Below, in pieces: positions 36,901-51,900 of a stretch of DNA of 64,000 nucleotides. Under the pieces are notes generated by a model, which had not been told where the DNA came from, did not search any database, and was given only the letters and a program-made list of their open reading frames with translations. The position numbers and the translations under genes are program-made. The DNA comes from Amphiscolops sp. MND2022 (Eukaryota), in NCBI GenBank assembly GCA_964187785.1, contig OZ076409.1, positions 48,796,001 to 48,860,000 on the forward strand, read 5' to 3'. Position 1 is the first letter of the stretch, and each line of letters opens with the position of its first letter.

Positions 36901-39900
36901 CATTGGATATTATAGATTGCAACGTTGAAAAAGGTCAACAATGAAAAAATGTGTTGTCCAGTAGGCTTTTTGGAGGAGTTAATTACAGTATTTCAAGTGA
37001 CAATGTCTCAAATTGACACCGAAAAGGAAAAAAACCCCAAAATTTTTCAATTTTCAAAGTTTTTACCCATTTTTTGTTAAAGTTTCGACAATCTTCTCGG
37101 TTTGAAATGTTTTAAAGGGTCAGAAAGAAACATTTCGCTGTCTAGTAGACTTTTTTGAAGAGCTAATTGCTGTTTTTTTATGATTAAATCTCATATTGAC
37201 ACCGAAAATTACAAAAACCCAATCGTTTTCTAAATTTCAAAGATTTTATGCATTTTTTTCCAAATTTTCGACAGACTTTATGGATTAGAACGTTAAATAG
37301 GGTCAACAAGGAAAGAATGTGTTGTCCAGTAGTAGGTTTTTTTGAAGAGCTTATTGCAGTTTCCGTTTTGAAAATGTCTTAAATTGTCAACGAAAATGAC
37401 GAAAACCCCAAAATTTCCAATTTTCAAAGTTTTCACGCGTTTTTTGTCGAAGTTTCGACAATCTTCTCCAATTGAAATGTTTTAAAGGGTCAACAAAGAA
37501 ATAATTCGTTGTCCAGTAGTCTTTAATGAAGAGATAGTTGCAGTGTTCTGAATGAAAATGTCTCAAATTGACACCAAAAATGACAAAAATCTCAAAATTT
37601 TAGAATTTCCAAAGGTTTTATGCAGTTTTTTTCCAAAGTTTCATTGGATATTATAGATTGCAACGTTGAAAAAGGTCAACAATGAAAAAATGTGTTGTCC
37701 AGTAGGCTTTTTGGAGGAGTTAATTACAGTATTTCAAGTGACAATGTCTCAAATTGACACCGAAAATGACAAAAACCCCAAAATTTTTCAATTTTCAAAG
37801 TTTTTACCCATTTTTTGTTAAAGTTTCGACAATCTTCTCGGTTTGAAATGTTTTAAAGGGTCAGAAAGAAACATTTCGCTGTCTAGTAGGCTTTTTTGAA
37901 GAGTTAATTGCTGTTTTTCTATGAATAAATCTCATAATGACACCGAAAATCACAGAAACCCAACCATTTTCTAAATTTCAAAGATTTTATGCATTTTTTT
38001 TCCAAAATTTCGACAGACTTCATGGATTGGAACGTTAAATAGGGTCAACAAGGAAAAAATGTGTTGTCCAGTAGGTTTTTTTGAAGAGTTTATTGCAGTT
38101 TCCATTTTGAACATGTCTTAAATTTTCAACGAAAATGACAAAAACCCCAAAATTTCCAATTTTCAAAGTTTTCACGCATTTTTTGTTGAAGTTTCAACAA
38201 TCTTTTTCGATTGAAAAGTTTCAAAGGGTCAACAAAGAAACAATTCGTTGTCCAGTAGTCTTTATTGAAGAGATAGTTGCATTGTTCTGAAGGAAAATGT
38301 CTCAAATTGACACCAAAAATGACAAAAAACTCAAAATTTTAGAATTTTCAAAAGTTTTATGCAGTTTTTTTCCAAAGTTTCATTGGATATTATAGATTGC
38401 AACGTTGAAAAAGGTCAACAATGAAAAAATGTGTTGTCCAGTAGGCTTTTTGGAGGAGTTAATTACAGTATTTCAAGTGACAATGTCTCAAATTGACACC
38501 GAAAATGACAAAAACCCCAAAATTTTTCAATTTTCAAAGTTTTTACCCATTTTTTGTTAAAGTTTCGACAATCTTCTCGGTTTGAAATGTTTTAAAGGGT
38601 CAGAAAGAAACATTTCGCTGTCTAGTAGACTTTTTTGAAGAGCTAATTGCTGTTTTTTTATGATTAAATCTCATATTGACACCGAAAATTACAAAAACCC
38701 AATCGTTTTCTAAATTTCAAAGATTTTATGCATTTTTTTCCAAATTTTCGACAGACTTTATGGATTAGAACGTTAAATAGGGTCAACAAGGAAAGAATGT
38801 GTTGTCCAGTAGTAGGTTTTTTTGAAGAGCTTATTGCAGTTTCCGTTTTGAAAATGTCTTAAATTGTCAACGAAAATGACGAAAACCCCAAAATTTCCAA
38901 TTTTCAAAGTTTTCACGCGTTTTTTGTCGAAGTTTCGACAATCTTCTCCAATTGAAATGTTTTAAAGGGTCAACAAAGAAATAATTCGTTGTCCAGTAGT
39001 CTTTAATGAAGAGATAGTTGCAGTGTTCTGAATGAAAATGTCTCAAATTGACACCAAAAATGACAAAAATCTCAAAATTTTAGAATTTCCAAAGGTTTTA
39101 TGCAGTTTTTTTCCAAAGTTTCATTGGATATTATAGATTGCAACGTTGAAAAAGGTCAACAATGAAAAAATGTGTTGTCCAGTAGGCTTTTTGGAGGAGT
39201 TAATTACAGTATTTCAAGTGACAATGTCTCAAATTGACACCGAAAATGACAAAAACCCCAAAATTTTTCAATTTTCAAAGTTTTTACCCATTTTTTGTTA
39301 AAGTTTCGACAATCTTCTCGGTTTGAAATGTTTTAAAGGGTCAGAAAGAAACATTTCGCTGTCTAGTAGGCTTTTTTGAAGAGTTAATTGCTGTTTTTCT
39401 ATGAATAAATCTCATAATGACACCGAAAATCACAGAAACCCAACCATTTTCTAAATTTCAAAGATTTTATGCATTTTTTTTCCAAAATTTCGACAGACTT
39501 CATGGATTGGAACGTTAAATAGGGTCAACAAGGAAAAAATGTGTTGTCCAGTAGGTTTTTTTGAAGAGTTTATTGCAGTTTCCATTTTGAACATGTCTTA
39601 AATTTTCAACGAAAATGACAAAAACCCCAAAATTTCCAATTTTCAAAGTTTTCACGCATTTTTTGTTGAAGTTTCAACAATCTTTTTCGATTGAAAAGTT
39701 TCAAAGGGTCAACAAAGAAACAATTCGTTGTCCAGTAGTCTTTATTGAAGAGATAGTTGCATTGTTCTGAAGGAAAATGTCTCAAATTGACACCAAAAAT
39801 GACAAAAAACTCAAAATTTTTGATCTTCCAAAGGTTTTATGCAGTTTTTTCCCAAAGTTTCAATGGATTTTTTCAGATTGGAACATTGAAAAGCTCAACA

Positions 39901-42900
39901 ATGAAATGAAAAAATGTGTTGTCCAGTAGGCTTTTTGGAGGAGTTAATTACAGTATTTCAAGTGACATTGTCTCAAAATGACACCGAAAATGACAAAAAC
40001 CCCAAAATTTTTCAATTTTCAAAGTTTTTACCCATTTTTTGTTGAAGTTTCGACAATCTTCTTCGATTGAAATGTTTTAAAGGGTCAACAAAGAAACATT
40101 TCGTTGTCCAATAGTCCTTAATGAAGAGATAGTTGCATTGTTTTGAAGGAAAATGTCTCAAATTGACACCAAAAATGACAAAAAACTCAAAATTTTTGAT
40201 CTTCCAAAGGTTTTATGCAGTTTTTTCCCAAAGTTTCAATGGATTTTTTCAGATTGGAACATTGAAAAGCTCAACAATGAAATGAAAAAATGTGTTGTCC
40301 AGTAGGCTTTTTGGAGGAGTTAATTACAGTATTTCAAGTGACAATGTCTCAAAATGACACCGAAAATGACAAAAACCCCAAAATTTTTCAATTTTCAAAG
40401 TTTTCACGCGTTTTTTGTCGAAGTTTCGACAATCTTCTCCAATTGAAATGTTTTAAAGGGTCAACAAAGAAACAATTCGTAGTCCAGTAGTCTTTAATGA
40501 AGAGATAGTTGCAGTGTTCTGAATGAAAATGTCTCAAATTGACACCAAAAATGACAAAAATCTCAAAATTTTAGAATTTCCAAAGGTTTTATGCAGTTTT
40601 TTTCCAAAGTTTCATTGGATATTATAGATTGCAACGTTGAAAAAGGTCAACAATGAAAAAATGTGTTGTCCAGTAGGCTTTTTGGAGGAGTTAATTACAG
40701 TATTTCAAGTGACAATGTCTCAAATTGACACCGAAAAGGAAAAAAACCCCAAAATTTTTCAATTTTCAAAGTTTTTACCCATTTTTTGTTAAAGTTTCGA
40801 CAATCTTCTCGGTTTGAAATGTTTTAAAGGGTCAGAAAGAAACATTTCGCTGTCTAGTAGACTTTTTTGAAGAGCTAATTGCTGTTTTTTTATGATTAAA
40901 TCTCATATTGACACCGAAAATTACAAAAACCCAATCGTTTTCTAAATTTCAAAGATTTTATGCATTTTTTTCCAAATTTTCGACAGACTTTATGGATTAG
41001 AACAAAAAATAGGGTCAACAAGGAAAGAATGTGTTGTCCAGTAGTAGGTTTTTTTGAAGAGCTTATTGCAGTTTCCGTTTTGAAAATGTCTTAAATTGTC
41101 AACGAAAATGACGAAAACCCCAAAATTTCCAATTTTCAAAGTTTTCACGCGTTTTTTGTCGAAGTTTCGACAATCTTCTCCAATTGAAATGTTTTAAAGG
41201 GTCAACAAAGAAACAATTCGTTGTCCAGTAGTCTTTAATGAAGAGATAGTTGCAGTGTTCTGAATGAAAATGTCTCAAATTGACACCAAAAATGACAAAA
41301 ATCTCAAAATTTTAGAATTTCCAAAGGTTTTATGCAGTTTTTTTCCAAAGTTTCATTGGATATTATAGATTTCAACGTTGAAAAAGGTCAACAATGAAAA
41401 AATGTGTTGTCCAGTAGGCTTTTTGGAGGAGTTAATTACAGTATTTCAAGTGACAATGTCTCAAATTGACACCGAAAATGACAAAAACCCCAAAATTTTT
41501 CAATTTTCAAAGTTTTTACCCATTTTTTGTTAAAGTTTCGACAATCTTCTCGGTTTGAAATGTTTTAAAGGGTCAGAAAGAAACATTTCGCTGTCTAGTA
41601 GGCTTTTTTGAAGAGTTAATTGCTGTTTTTCTATGAATAAATCTCATAATGACACCGAAAATCACAGAAACCCAACCATTTTCTAAATTTCAAAGATTTT
41701 ATGCATTTTTTTCCAAAATTTCGACAGACTTCATGGATTGGAACGTTAAATAGGGTCAACAAGGAAAAAATGTGTTGTCCAGTAGGTTTTTTTGAAGAGT
41801 TTATTGCAGTTTCCATTTTGAACATGTCTTAAATTTTCAACGAAAATGACAAAAACCCCAAAATTTCCAATTTTCAAAGTTTTCACGCATTTTTTGTTGA
41901 AGTTTCAACAATCTTTTTCGATTGAAAAGTTTCAAAGGGTCAACAAAGAAACAATTCGTTGTCCAGTAGTCTTTATTGAAGAGATAGTTGCATTGTTCTG
42001 AAGGAAAATGTCTCAAATTGACACCAAAAATGACAAAAAACTCAAAATTTTTGATCTTCCAAAGGTTTTATGCAGTTTTTTCCCAAAGTTTCAATGGATT
42101 TTTTCAGATTGGAACATTGAAAAGCTCAACAATGAAATGAAAAAATGTGTTGTCCAGTAGGCTTTTTGGAGGAGTTAATTACAGTATTTCAAGTGACAAT
42201 GTCTCAAAATGACACCGAAAATGACAAAAACCCCAAAATTTTTCAATTTTCAAAGTTTTTACCCATTTTTTGTTGAAGTTTCGACAATCTTCTTCGATTG
42301 AAATGTTTTAAAGGGTCAACAAAGAAACATTTCGTTGTCCAGTAGTCCTTAATGAAGAGATAGTTGCATTGTTTTGAAGGAAAATGTCTCAAATTGACAC
42401 CAAAAATGACAAAAAACTCGAAATTTTTGAATTTCCAAAGGTTTTATGCAGTTTTTTCCCAAAGTTTCAATGGATTTTTTTAGATTGGAACATTGAAAGG
42501 CTCAACAATGAAATGAAAAAATGTGCTGTCCAGTAGGCTTTTTGGAGGAGTTAATTACAGTTTTTCAAGTGACAATGTCTCAAAATGACACCGAAAATGA
42601 CAAAAACCCCAAAATTTTTCAATTTTCAAAGTTTTTACCCATTTTTTGTTGAAGTTTCGACAATCTTCTTCGATTGAAATGTTTTAAAGGGTCAACAAAG
42701 AAACATTTCGTTGTCCAGTAGTCCTTAATGAAGAGATAGTTGCATTGTTCTGAAGGAAAATGTCTCAAATTGACACCAAAAATGACAAAAAGCTCAAAAT
42801 TTTCGAATTTCCAAAGATTTTTTGCAGTTTTTTTCCAAAATTTCGATAGGTTTTATAGATCAGAACATTGAAAGGGTCAACAATGAACTAATGTGTTGTC

Positions 42901-45900
42901 CAGTAGGCTTTTTGGAGGAGTTAATTACAGTATTTTAAGTGACAATGTCTCAAATTGACACCGAAAATGACAAAAACCTCAAAATTTTTCAATTTTCAAA
43001 GTTTTTACGCATTTTTGTTAAAATTTCGACAATCTTCTTGAATTGAAATGTTTTAAAGGCTCAGAAAGAAACATTTTGTTGTCTAGTAGGCTTTTTTGAA
43101 GAGCTAATTGCTGTTTTTTTATGAATAAATTTCAAATTGACACCGAAAATCACAAAAACCCAACCATTTTCTACATTTCAAAGATTTTATGCATTTTTTC
43201 CAAATTTTCGACAGTTTTTATGGATTGGAAAGTTAAATAGGGTCAACAAGGAAAGAATGTGTTGTCCAGTAGGTTTTTTTGAAGAGTTTATTGCAGTTTT
43301 CATTTTGAAAATGTCTTAAATTGTCAACGAAAATGACAAAAACCCCAAAATTTCCAATTTTCCAAGTTTTCACGCATTTTTGTTGAAGTTTCGGCAATCT
43401 TCTTCGATTAAAAAGTTTTAAAGGGTCAACAAAGAAACAATTCGTTGTCCAGTAGTATTTAATGAAGAGATAGTTGCAATGTTCTGAATGAAAATGTCTC
43501 AAATTGACACCAAAAATGACAAAAATCTCAAACTTTGGAATTTCCAAAGGTTTTATGCAGTTTTTTCCCAAAGTTCCCATGGATTTTTTTAGATTGGAAC
43601 ATTGAAAGAGTCAACAATGAAATTTAAAAATGTGTTGTCCAGTAGGCTTTTTGGAGGAGTTAATTACAGTATTTTAAGTGACAATGTCTCAAATTGACAC
43701 CGAAAATGACAAAAACCTCAAAAGTATCGAATTTCCAAAGATTTCATTCAGTTTTTATCCAAAATTTCAATGGGTTTTATAGATTGGAACATTGAAAAGG
43801 TCAACAATGAAAAAATGTTATGTCCAGTAGGCTTTTTGGAGGAGTTAATTACAGTATTTTAAGTGACAATGTCTCAAAATGACACCGAAAATGACAAAAA
43901 CCTCACAATTTTTCGATTTTTAAAGTTTTTACGAATTTTTTGTTAAAGTTTCCACAGTCTTCTTGGATTGAACTGTTTTAAAGGGTCAAAAAGAAACAAT
44001 TCGTTGTCCTGGAGTCTTTAATGAAGAGATTGTTGCAATGCTCTGAATGAAAATTTCTCAAATTGACACCAAAAATGACAAAAAACTCAAAATTTTAGAA
44101 TTTCCAAAGGTTTTATGCAGTTTTTTCCCAAAGTTTCAATGGATTTTTTTAGATTGCAACGTTGAAAGAGTCAACAATGAAATTAAAAAATGTGTTGTCC
44201 AGTAGGCTTTTTGGAGGAGTTAATTACAGTATTTTAAGTGACAATGTCTCAAATTGACACCGAAAATGACAAAAACCTCAAAAGTTTCGAATTTCCAAAG
44301 ATTTCATTCAGTTTTTATCCAAAATTTCAATGGGTTTTATAGATTGGAACATTGAAAAGGTCAACAATGAAAAAATGTTATATCCAGTAGGCTTTTTGGA
44401 GGAGTTAATTACAGTATTTTAAGTGACAATGTCTCAAAATGACACCGAAAATGACAAAAACCCCAAAATTTTTGAATTTTCAAAGTTTTTACCCATTTTT
44501 TGTTGAAGTTTCGACAATCTTCTTCGATTGAAATGTTTTAAAGGGTCAACAAAGAAACATTTCGTTGTCCAGTAGTCCTTAATGAAGAGATAGTTGCATT
44601 GTTCTGAAGGAAAACGTCTCAAATTGACACCAAAAATGACAAAAACCTCAAAAGTATCGAATTTCCAAAGATTTCATTCAGTTTTTATCCAAAATTTCAA
44701 TGGGTTTTATAGATTGGAACATTGAAAAGGTCAACAATGAAAAAATGTTATGTCCAGTAGGCTTTTTGGAGGAGTTAATTACAGTATTTTGAGTGACAAT
44801 GTCTCAAATTGACACCGAAAATGACAAAAACCTCACAATTTTTCGATTTTTAAAGTTTTTACGAATTTTTTGTTAAAGTTTCCACAGTCTTCTTGGATTG
44901 AACTGTTTTAAAGGGTCAAAAAGAAACAATTCGTTGTCCTGGAGTCTTTAATGAAGAGATTGTTGCAATGCTCTGAATGAAAATTTCTCAAATTGACACC
45001 AAAAATGACAAAAAACTCAAAATTTTAGAATTTCCAAAGGTTTTATGCAGTTTTTTCCCAAAGTTTCAATGGATTTTTTTAGATTGCAACGTTGAAAGAG
45101 TCAACAATGAAATTAAAAAATGTGTTGTCCAGTAGGCTTTTTGGAGGAGTTAATTACAGTATTTTAAGTGACAATGTCTCAAATTGACACCGAAAATGAC
45201 AAAAACCTCAAAAGTTTCGAATTTCCAAAGATTTCATTCAGTTTTTATCCAAAATTTCAATGGGTTTTATAGATTGGAACATTGAAAAGGTCAACAATGA
45301 AAAAATGTTATATCCAGTAGGCTTTTTGGAGGAGTTAATTACAGTATTTTAAGTGACAATGTCTCAAAATGACACCGAAAATGACAAAAACCCCAAAATT
45401 TTTCAATTTTCAAAGTTTTTACCCATTTTTTGTTGAAGTTTCGACAATCTTCTTCGATTGAAATGTTTTAAAGGGTCAAAAAGAAACAATTCGTTGTCCT
45501 GGAGTCTTTAATGAAGAGATTGTTGCAATGCTCTGAATGAAAATTTCTCAAATTGACACCAAAAATGACAAAAAACTCAAAATTTTAGAATTTCCAAAGG
45601 TTTTATGCAGTTTTTTCCCAAAGTTTCAATGGATTTTTTTAGATTGCAACGTTGAAAGAGTCAACAATGAAATTAAAAAATGTGTTGTCCAGTAGGCTTT
45701 TTGGAGGAGTTAATTACAGTATTTTAAGTGACAATGTCTCAAATTGACACCGAAAATGACAAAAACCTCAAAAGTTTCGAATTTCCAAAGATTTCATTCA
45801 GTTTTTATCCAAAATTTCAATGGGTTTTATAGATTGGAACATTGAAAAGGTCAACAATGAAAAAATGTTATATCCAGTAGGCTTTTTGGAGGAGTTAATT

Positions 45901-48900
45901 ACAGTATTTTAAGTGACAATGTCTCAAAATGACACCGAAAATGACAAAAACCCCAAAATTTTTCAATTTTCAAAGTTTTTACCCATTTTTTGTTGAAGTT
46001 TCGACAATCTTCTTCGATTGAAATGTTTTAAAGGGTCAACAAAGAAACATTTCGTTGTCCAGTAGTCCTTAATGAAGAGATAGTTGCATTGTTCTGAAGG
46101 AAAACGTCTCAAATTGACACCAAAAATGACAAAAAACTCAAAAGTTTCGAATTTCCAAAGATTTTTTGCAGTTTTTTTCCAAAATTTCGATAGGTTTTAT
46201 AGATCAGAACATTGAAAGGGTCAACAATGAACAAATGTGTTGTCCAGTAGGCTTTTTGGAGGAGTTAATTACAGTATTTTAAGTGACAATGTCTCAAATT
46301 GACACCGAAAATGACAAAAACCTCAAAATTTTTCAATTTTCAAAGTTTTTACGCATTTTTGTTAAAATTTCGACAATCTTCTTGAATTGAAATGTTTTAA
46401 AGGGTCAGAAAGAAACATTTTGTTGTCTAGTAGGCTTTTTTGAAGAGGTAATTGCTGTTTTTTTTATGAATAAATTTCCAATTGGCACCGAAAATCACAA
46501 AAACCCAACCATTTTCTACATTTCAAAGATTTTATGCATTTTTTCCAAATTTTCGACAGTTTTTATGGATTGGAAAATTAAATAGGGTCAACAAGGAAAG
46601 AATGTGTTGTCCAGTAGGTTTTTTTGAAGAGTTTATTGCAGTTTTCATTTTGAAAATGTCTTAAATTGTCAACGAAAATGACAAAAACCCCAAAATTTCC
46701 AATTTTCCAAGTTTTCACGCATTTTTTGTTGAAGTTTCGGCAATCTTCTTCGATTAAAAAGTTTTAAAGGGTCAACAAAGAAACAATTCGTTGTCCAGTA
46801 GTATTTAATGAAGAGATAGTTGCAATGTTCTGAATGAAAATGTCTCAAATTGACACCAAAAATGACAAAAATCTCAAAATTTTAGAATTTCCAAAGGTTT
46901 TATGCAGTTTTTTCCCAAAGTTCCAATGGATTTTTTTAAATTGGAACATTGAAAGAGTCAACAATGAAATTAAAAAATGTGTTGTCCAGTAGGCTTTTTG
47001 GAGGAGTTAATTACAGCATTTTAAGTGACAATGTCTCAAATTGACACCGAAAATGACAAAAACCTCACAATTTTTCGATTTTTAAAGTTTTTACGAATTT
47101 TTTGTTAAAGTTTCCACAGTCTTCTTGGATTGAATTGTTTTAAAGGGTCAAAAAGAAACAATTCGTTGTCCAGGAGTCTTTAATGAAGAGATTGTTGCAA
47201 TGCTCTGAATGAAAATTTCTCAAATTGACACCGAAAATGACAAAAAACTCAAAAGTTTCGAATTTCCAAAGATTTCATTCAGTTTTTTTCCAAAATTTCA
47301 ATGGGTTTTATAGATTGCAACATTGAAAAGGTCAACAATGAAAAAATGTTATGTCCAGTAGGCTTTTTGGAGGAGTTAATTACAGTATTTTAAGTGACCA
47401 TGTCTCAATTGACACCAAAAATGACAAAAACTTCAAAATTTTTCGATTTTCAAAGTTTTTACGCATTTTTTGTTATTGTTTCGACAGTCTTCTTGGATTG
47501 AAATGTTTTAAAGGGTCAACATAGAAACATTTCGTTGTCTAGTAGGCTTTTCTGAAGAGCTAATTGCTGTTTTATATGAAAAAATCTCCAATTGACACCG
47601 ATAATCACAAAAACCCAACCATTTTCTAGATTTCAAAGATTTTATGCAGTTTTTTCCAAAACTTCAATGGATTTTATAGATTGAAACATTGAAAAGGGTC
47701 AACAATGAAAAATTGTGTTGTCCAGCAGGCTTTTCCGAAGAGTTTATTTTAGTTTCCGTTTTGAAAATGTCTTAAATTATCAACGAAAATGACAAAAACA
47801 CAAAAGTTTTAAATTTTCAAAGTTTTCAAGAAGTTTTCTTAAAGTTTCGACAGTCTTCTTGGATTGAGCTGTTTTAAAGGGTCAAAAAGAAACAAGCCGT
47901 TGTCCAGTAGTCTTTAATGAAGAGATAGTTGCAATGCTTTGAATGAAAATTTCTCAAATTGACACCGAAAATGACAAAAAACTCAAAAGTTTCGAATTTC
48001 CAAAGATTTCATTCAGTTTTTTTTCCAAAATTTCAATGGGTTTTATAGATTGCAACATTGAAAAGGTCAACAATGAAAAAATGTTATGTCCAGTAGGCTT
48101 TTTGGAGGAGTTAATTACAGTATTTTAAGTGACCATGTCTCAATTGACACCAAAAATGACAAAAACTTCAAAATTTTTCGATTTTCAAAGTTTTTACGCA
48201 TTTTTTGTTATTGTTTCGACAGTCTTCTTGGATTGAAATGTTTTAAAGGGTCAACATAGAAACATTTCGTTGTCTAGTAGGCTTTTCTGAAGAGCTAATT
48301 GCTGTTTTATATGAAAAAATCTCCAATTGACACCGATAATCACAAAAACCCAACCATTTTCTAGATTTCAAAGATTTTATGCAGTTTTTTCCAAAACTTC
48401 AATGGATTTTATAGATTGGAACATTGAAAAGGGTCAACAATGAAAAATTGTGTTGTCCAGCAGGCTTTTCCGAAGAGTTTATTTTAGTTTCCGTTTTGAA
48501 AATGTCTTAAATTATCAACGAAAATGACAAAAACACAAAAGTTTTAAATTTTCAAAGTTTTCAAGAAGTTTTCTTAAAGTTTCGACAGTCTTCTTGGATT
48601 GAGCTGTTTTAAAGGGTCAAAAAGAAACAAGCCGTTGTCCAGTAGTCTTTAATGAAGAGATAGTTGCAATGCTTTGAATGAAAATTTCTCAAATTGACAC
48701 CGAAAATGACAAAAAACTCAAAAGTTTCGAATTTCCAAAGATTTCATTCAGTTTTTTTTCCAAAATTTCAATGGGTTTTATAGATTGCAACATTGAAAAG
48801 GTCAACAATGAAAAAACGTTATGTCCAGTAGGCTTTTTGGAGGAGTTAATTACAGTATTTTAAGTGACAATGTCTCAAATTGACACCAAAAATGACAAAA

Positions 48901-51900
48901 ACTTCAAAATTTTTTGATTTTCAAAGTTTTTACGCATTTTTTGTTATTGTTTCGACAGTCTTCTTGGATTGAAATGTTTTAAAGGGTCAACATAAAAACA
49001 TTTCGTTGTCTAGTAGGCTTTTCTGAAGAGCTAATTGCTGTTTTATATGAAAAAATCTCCAATTGACACCGATAATCACAAAAACCCAACCATTTTCTAG
49101 ATTTCAAAGATTTTATGCAGTTTTTTCCAAAACTTCAATGGATTTTATAGATTGGAACATTGAAAAGGGTCAACAATGAAAAATTGTGTTGTCCAGCAGG
49201 CTTTTCCGAAGAGTTTATTTTAGTTTCCGTTTTGAAAATGTCTTAAATTATCAACGAAAATGACAAAAACCCAAAAGTTTTAAATTTTCAAAGTTTTCAA
49301 GAAGTTTTCTTAAAGTTTCGACAGTCTTCTTGGATTGAGCTGTTTTAAAGGGTCAAAAAGAAACAAGTCGTTGTCCAGTAGTCTTTAATGAAGAGATAGT
49401 TGCAATGCTCTGAATGAAAATTTCTCAATTTGACACCGAAAATGACAAAAATCACACAATTTTCCAAATTTCAAAGTTTTTATGCATTTTTCTCCAAATT
49501 TTTTACAGAGTTTATGGATTGGAACGTTGAAGAGGATCAACAGGAAAAAAATCTGGTGTCCATTAGGTTTTTCTGAGGAGTTATTTACAGTTTTTCAAGT
49601 GACAATATCTCAATTTGACACCGAAAACGACAAAAAAGACAAACTTTTCCAATTTTCAAAGTTTTTATGCATTTTTTGTTAAGGTTTCAACAGTCTTCTT
49701 GGATTGAATTGTTTTAAAGGGTCAACAAAGACACAATTCGTTGTCCAGTAGTCTTTAATGAAGAGATAGTTGCAATGATTTGAATGAAAATGTCTCAAAT
49801 TGACACCAAAAATGACAAAAATCTCAAAATTTTAGAATTTCCAAAGATTTTCTGCAGTTTTTTTCTAATATTTTAATGGATTTTATAAATTATGACGTTA
49901 AAAAGGGTCAACAATGAAAAAATGTGTTGTCCAGTAGGCTTTTCTGAACAGTTTTTTGCTGTTTGTTTGGTGACATTGTCTCAAATTGACACCAAAAATG
50001 ACAAAAAACCTAAAATTTCCCAATTTTCAAAGATTTTATCTATTTTTTATTGAAGTTTCGACAGTCTTCTTGGATTGAACTGTTTTAAGGGATCAAAAAG
50101 AAACATTTCGTTGTCCAGTAGTCTTTAATGAAGAGATAGTTGCAATGTTCTGAATGAAAGTGTCTCAAATTGACACCAAAAATGACAAAAATCTAAAAAT
50201 GGAAGAATTTCCAAAGGTTTTATGCAGATTTTTTTAAACGTTTCAGTGGATTTTATAGATTGCAACGTTGAAAAAGGTCAACAAGGACAAAATGTGTTGT
50301 CCAGTAGGCTTTTTGGAGGAATTAATTACAGTTTTTCTAAGTGACAATGTCTCAAATTGACACCGGAAAAAAAACAAAATCTCAAAGATTTCGAATTTCT
50401 AAAGATTTTATGCAGTTTTTTTCTAAAATTTCGATAGATTTTATGGATTGGAACGTTGAAAAGGGTCAACAAGGCACAAAAGTGTTGTCCAGTAGGCTTT
50501 TGGGAACAGTTTTTTGTTGTTTTTTTAGTGGCAATGTCTCAAATTGACACCGAAAATGACAAAAAACCCAAAACTCTCCAATTTTTTAAAGTTTTTATGC
50601 ATTTTTTGATAAAATTTCGACAGTCTTCTTGGATTCGAAAGTTTTAAAGGGTCAGAAAGAAACATTTTGTTGTCCGGTAGGCTTTTTCGAAGGGATAATT
50701 GCCGTTTTGTAAATGAAAAAATCTCAAATTGACACCGAAAATGACAAAAACCCTACAATTTTCCAAATTTCAAAGATTTTATGCATTTTTTTCCCAAATT
50801 TTCGACAGACTAAATGGATTGGAACGTTAAAAAGGGTCAATAAGGCACCAATGTGTTGTCCAGTAGGCTTTTCGGAACAGTTTTTTGTTGTTTTTTTTTT
50901 AGTCACAATGTCTCAAATTGACACCGAAAATGACAAAAAACCCAAAACTCTCCAATTCTCAAAGTTTTTAAGCAGTTTTGTTAAAGTTTTGACAGTCTTC
51001 TTGGATTGAACTGTTTTAAAGGGTCAAAAAGAAACAATTCGTTGTCCGGTAGTCTTTAATGAAGAGATAGTTGCAATGTTCTAAATGAAAATGTCTCAAA
51101 TTGACACCAAAAATGACAAAAACCTCAAAATTTTAGAATTTCCAAAGATTTCATGCCGTTTTTCTTCCAAAATTTCAATGGATTTTAGAGGTTGGAACGT
51201 TGGAAAGGGTCAACAATGAAAAATGTGTTGTACAGTAGGCTTTTCTGAACAGCATTTTGCTGTTTGTTTGGTGACATTGTCTCAAATTGACACCAAAAAT
51301 GACAAAAAATCTAAAATTTCCCAATTTTCAAAGCTTTTCTCCATTTTTTGTTGAAGTTTCGACAGTCTTCTTGGATTGAACTGTTTAAAGGGATCGAAAA
51401 GAAACATTTCGTTGTCCAGTAGTCCTTAATGAAGAGATAGTTGCAATGTTTGGATTGAAAATGTCTCAAATTGACACCGAAAAAAAACAAAATCTCAAAA
51501 TTTTCGAATTTCTAAAGATTTCATGCCGTTTTTTTTCCAAAATTTCAATGGATTTTATAGGTTGGAACGTTGAAAAGGGTCAACAATGAAAACATGTGTT
51601 GTACAGTAGGCTTTTCTGAACAGCTTTTTGCTGTTTGTTTGGTGACATTGTCTCAAATTGACACCAAAAATGACAAAAAACCTAAAATTTCCCAATTTTC
51701 AAAGATTTTATCTATTTTTTATTGAAGTTTCGACAGTCTTCTTGGATTGAACTGTTTTAAGGGATCAAAAAGAAACATTTCGTTGTCCAGTAGTCTTTAA
51801 TGAAGAGATAGTTGCAATGTTCTGAATGAAAGTGTCTCAAATTGACACCAAAAATGACAAAAATCTAAAAATGGAAGAATTTCCAAAGGTTTTATGCAGA

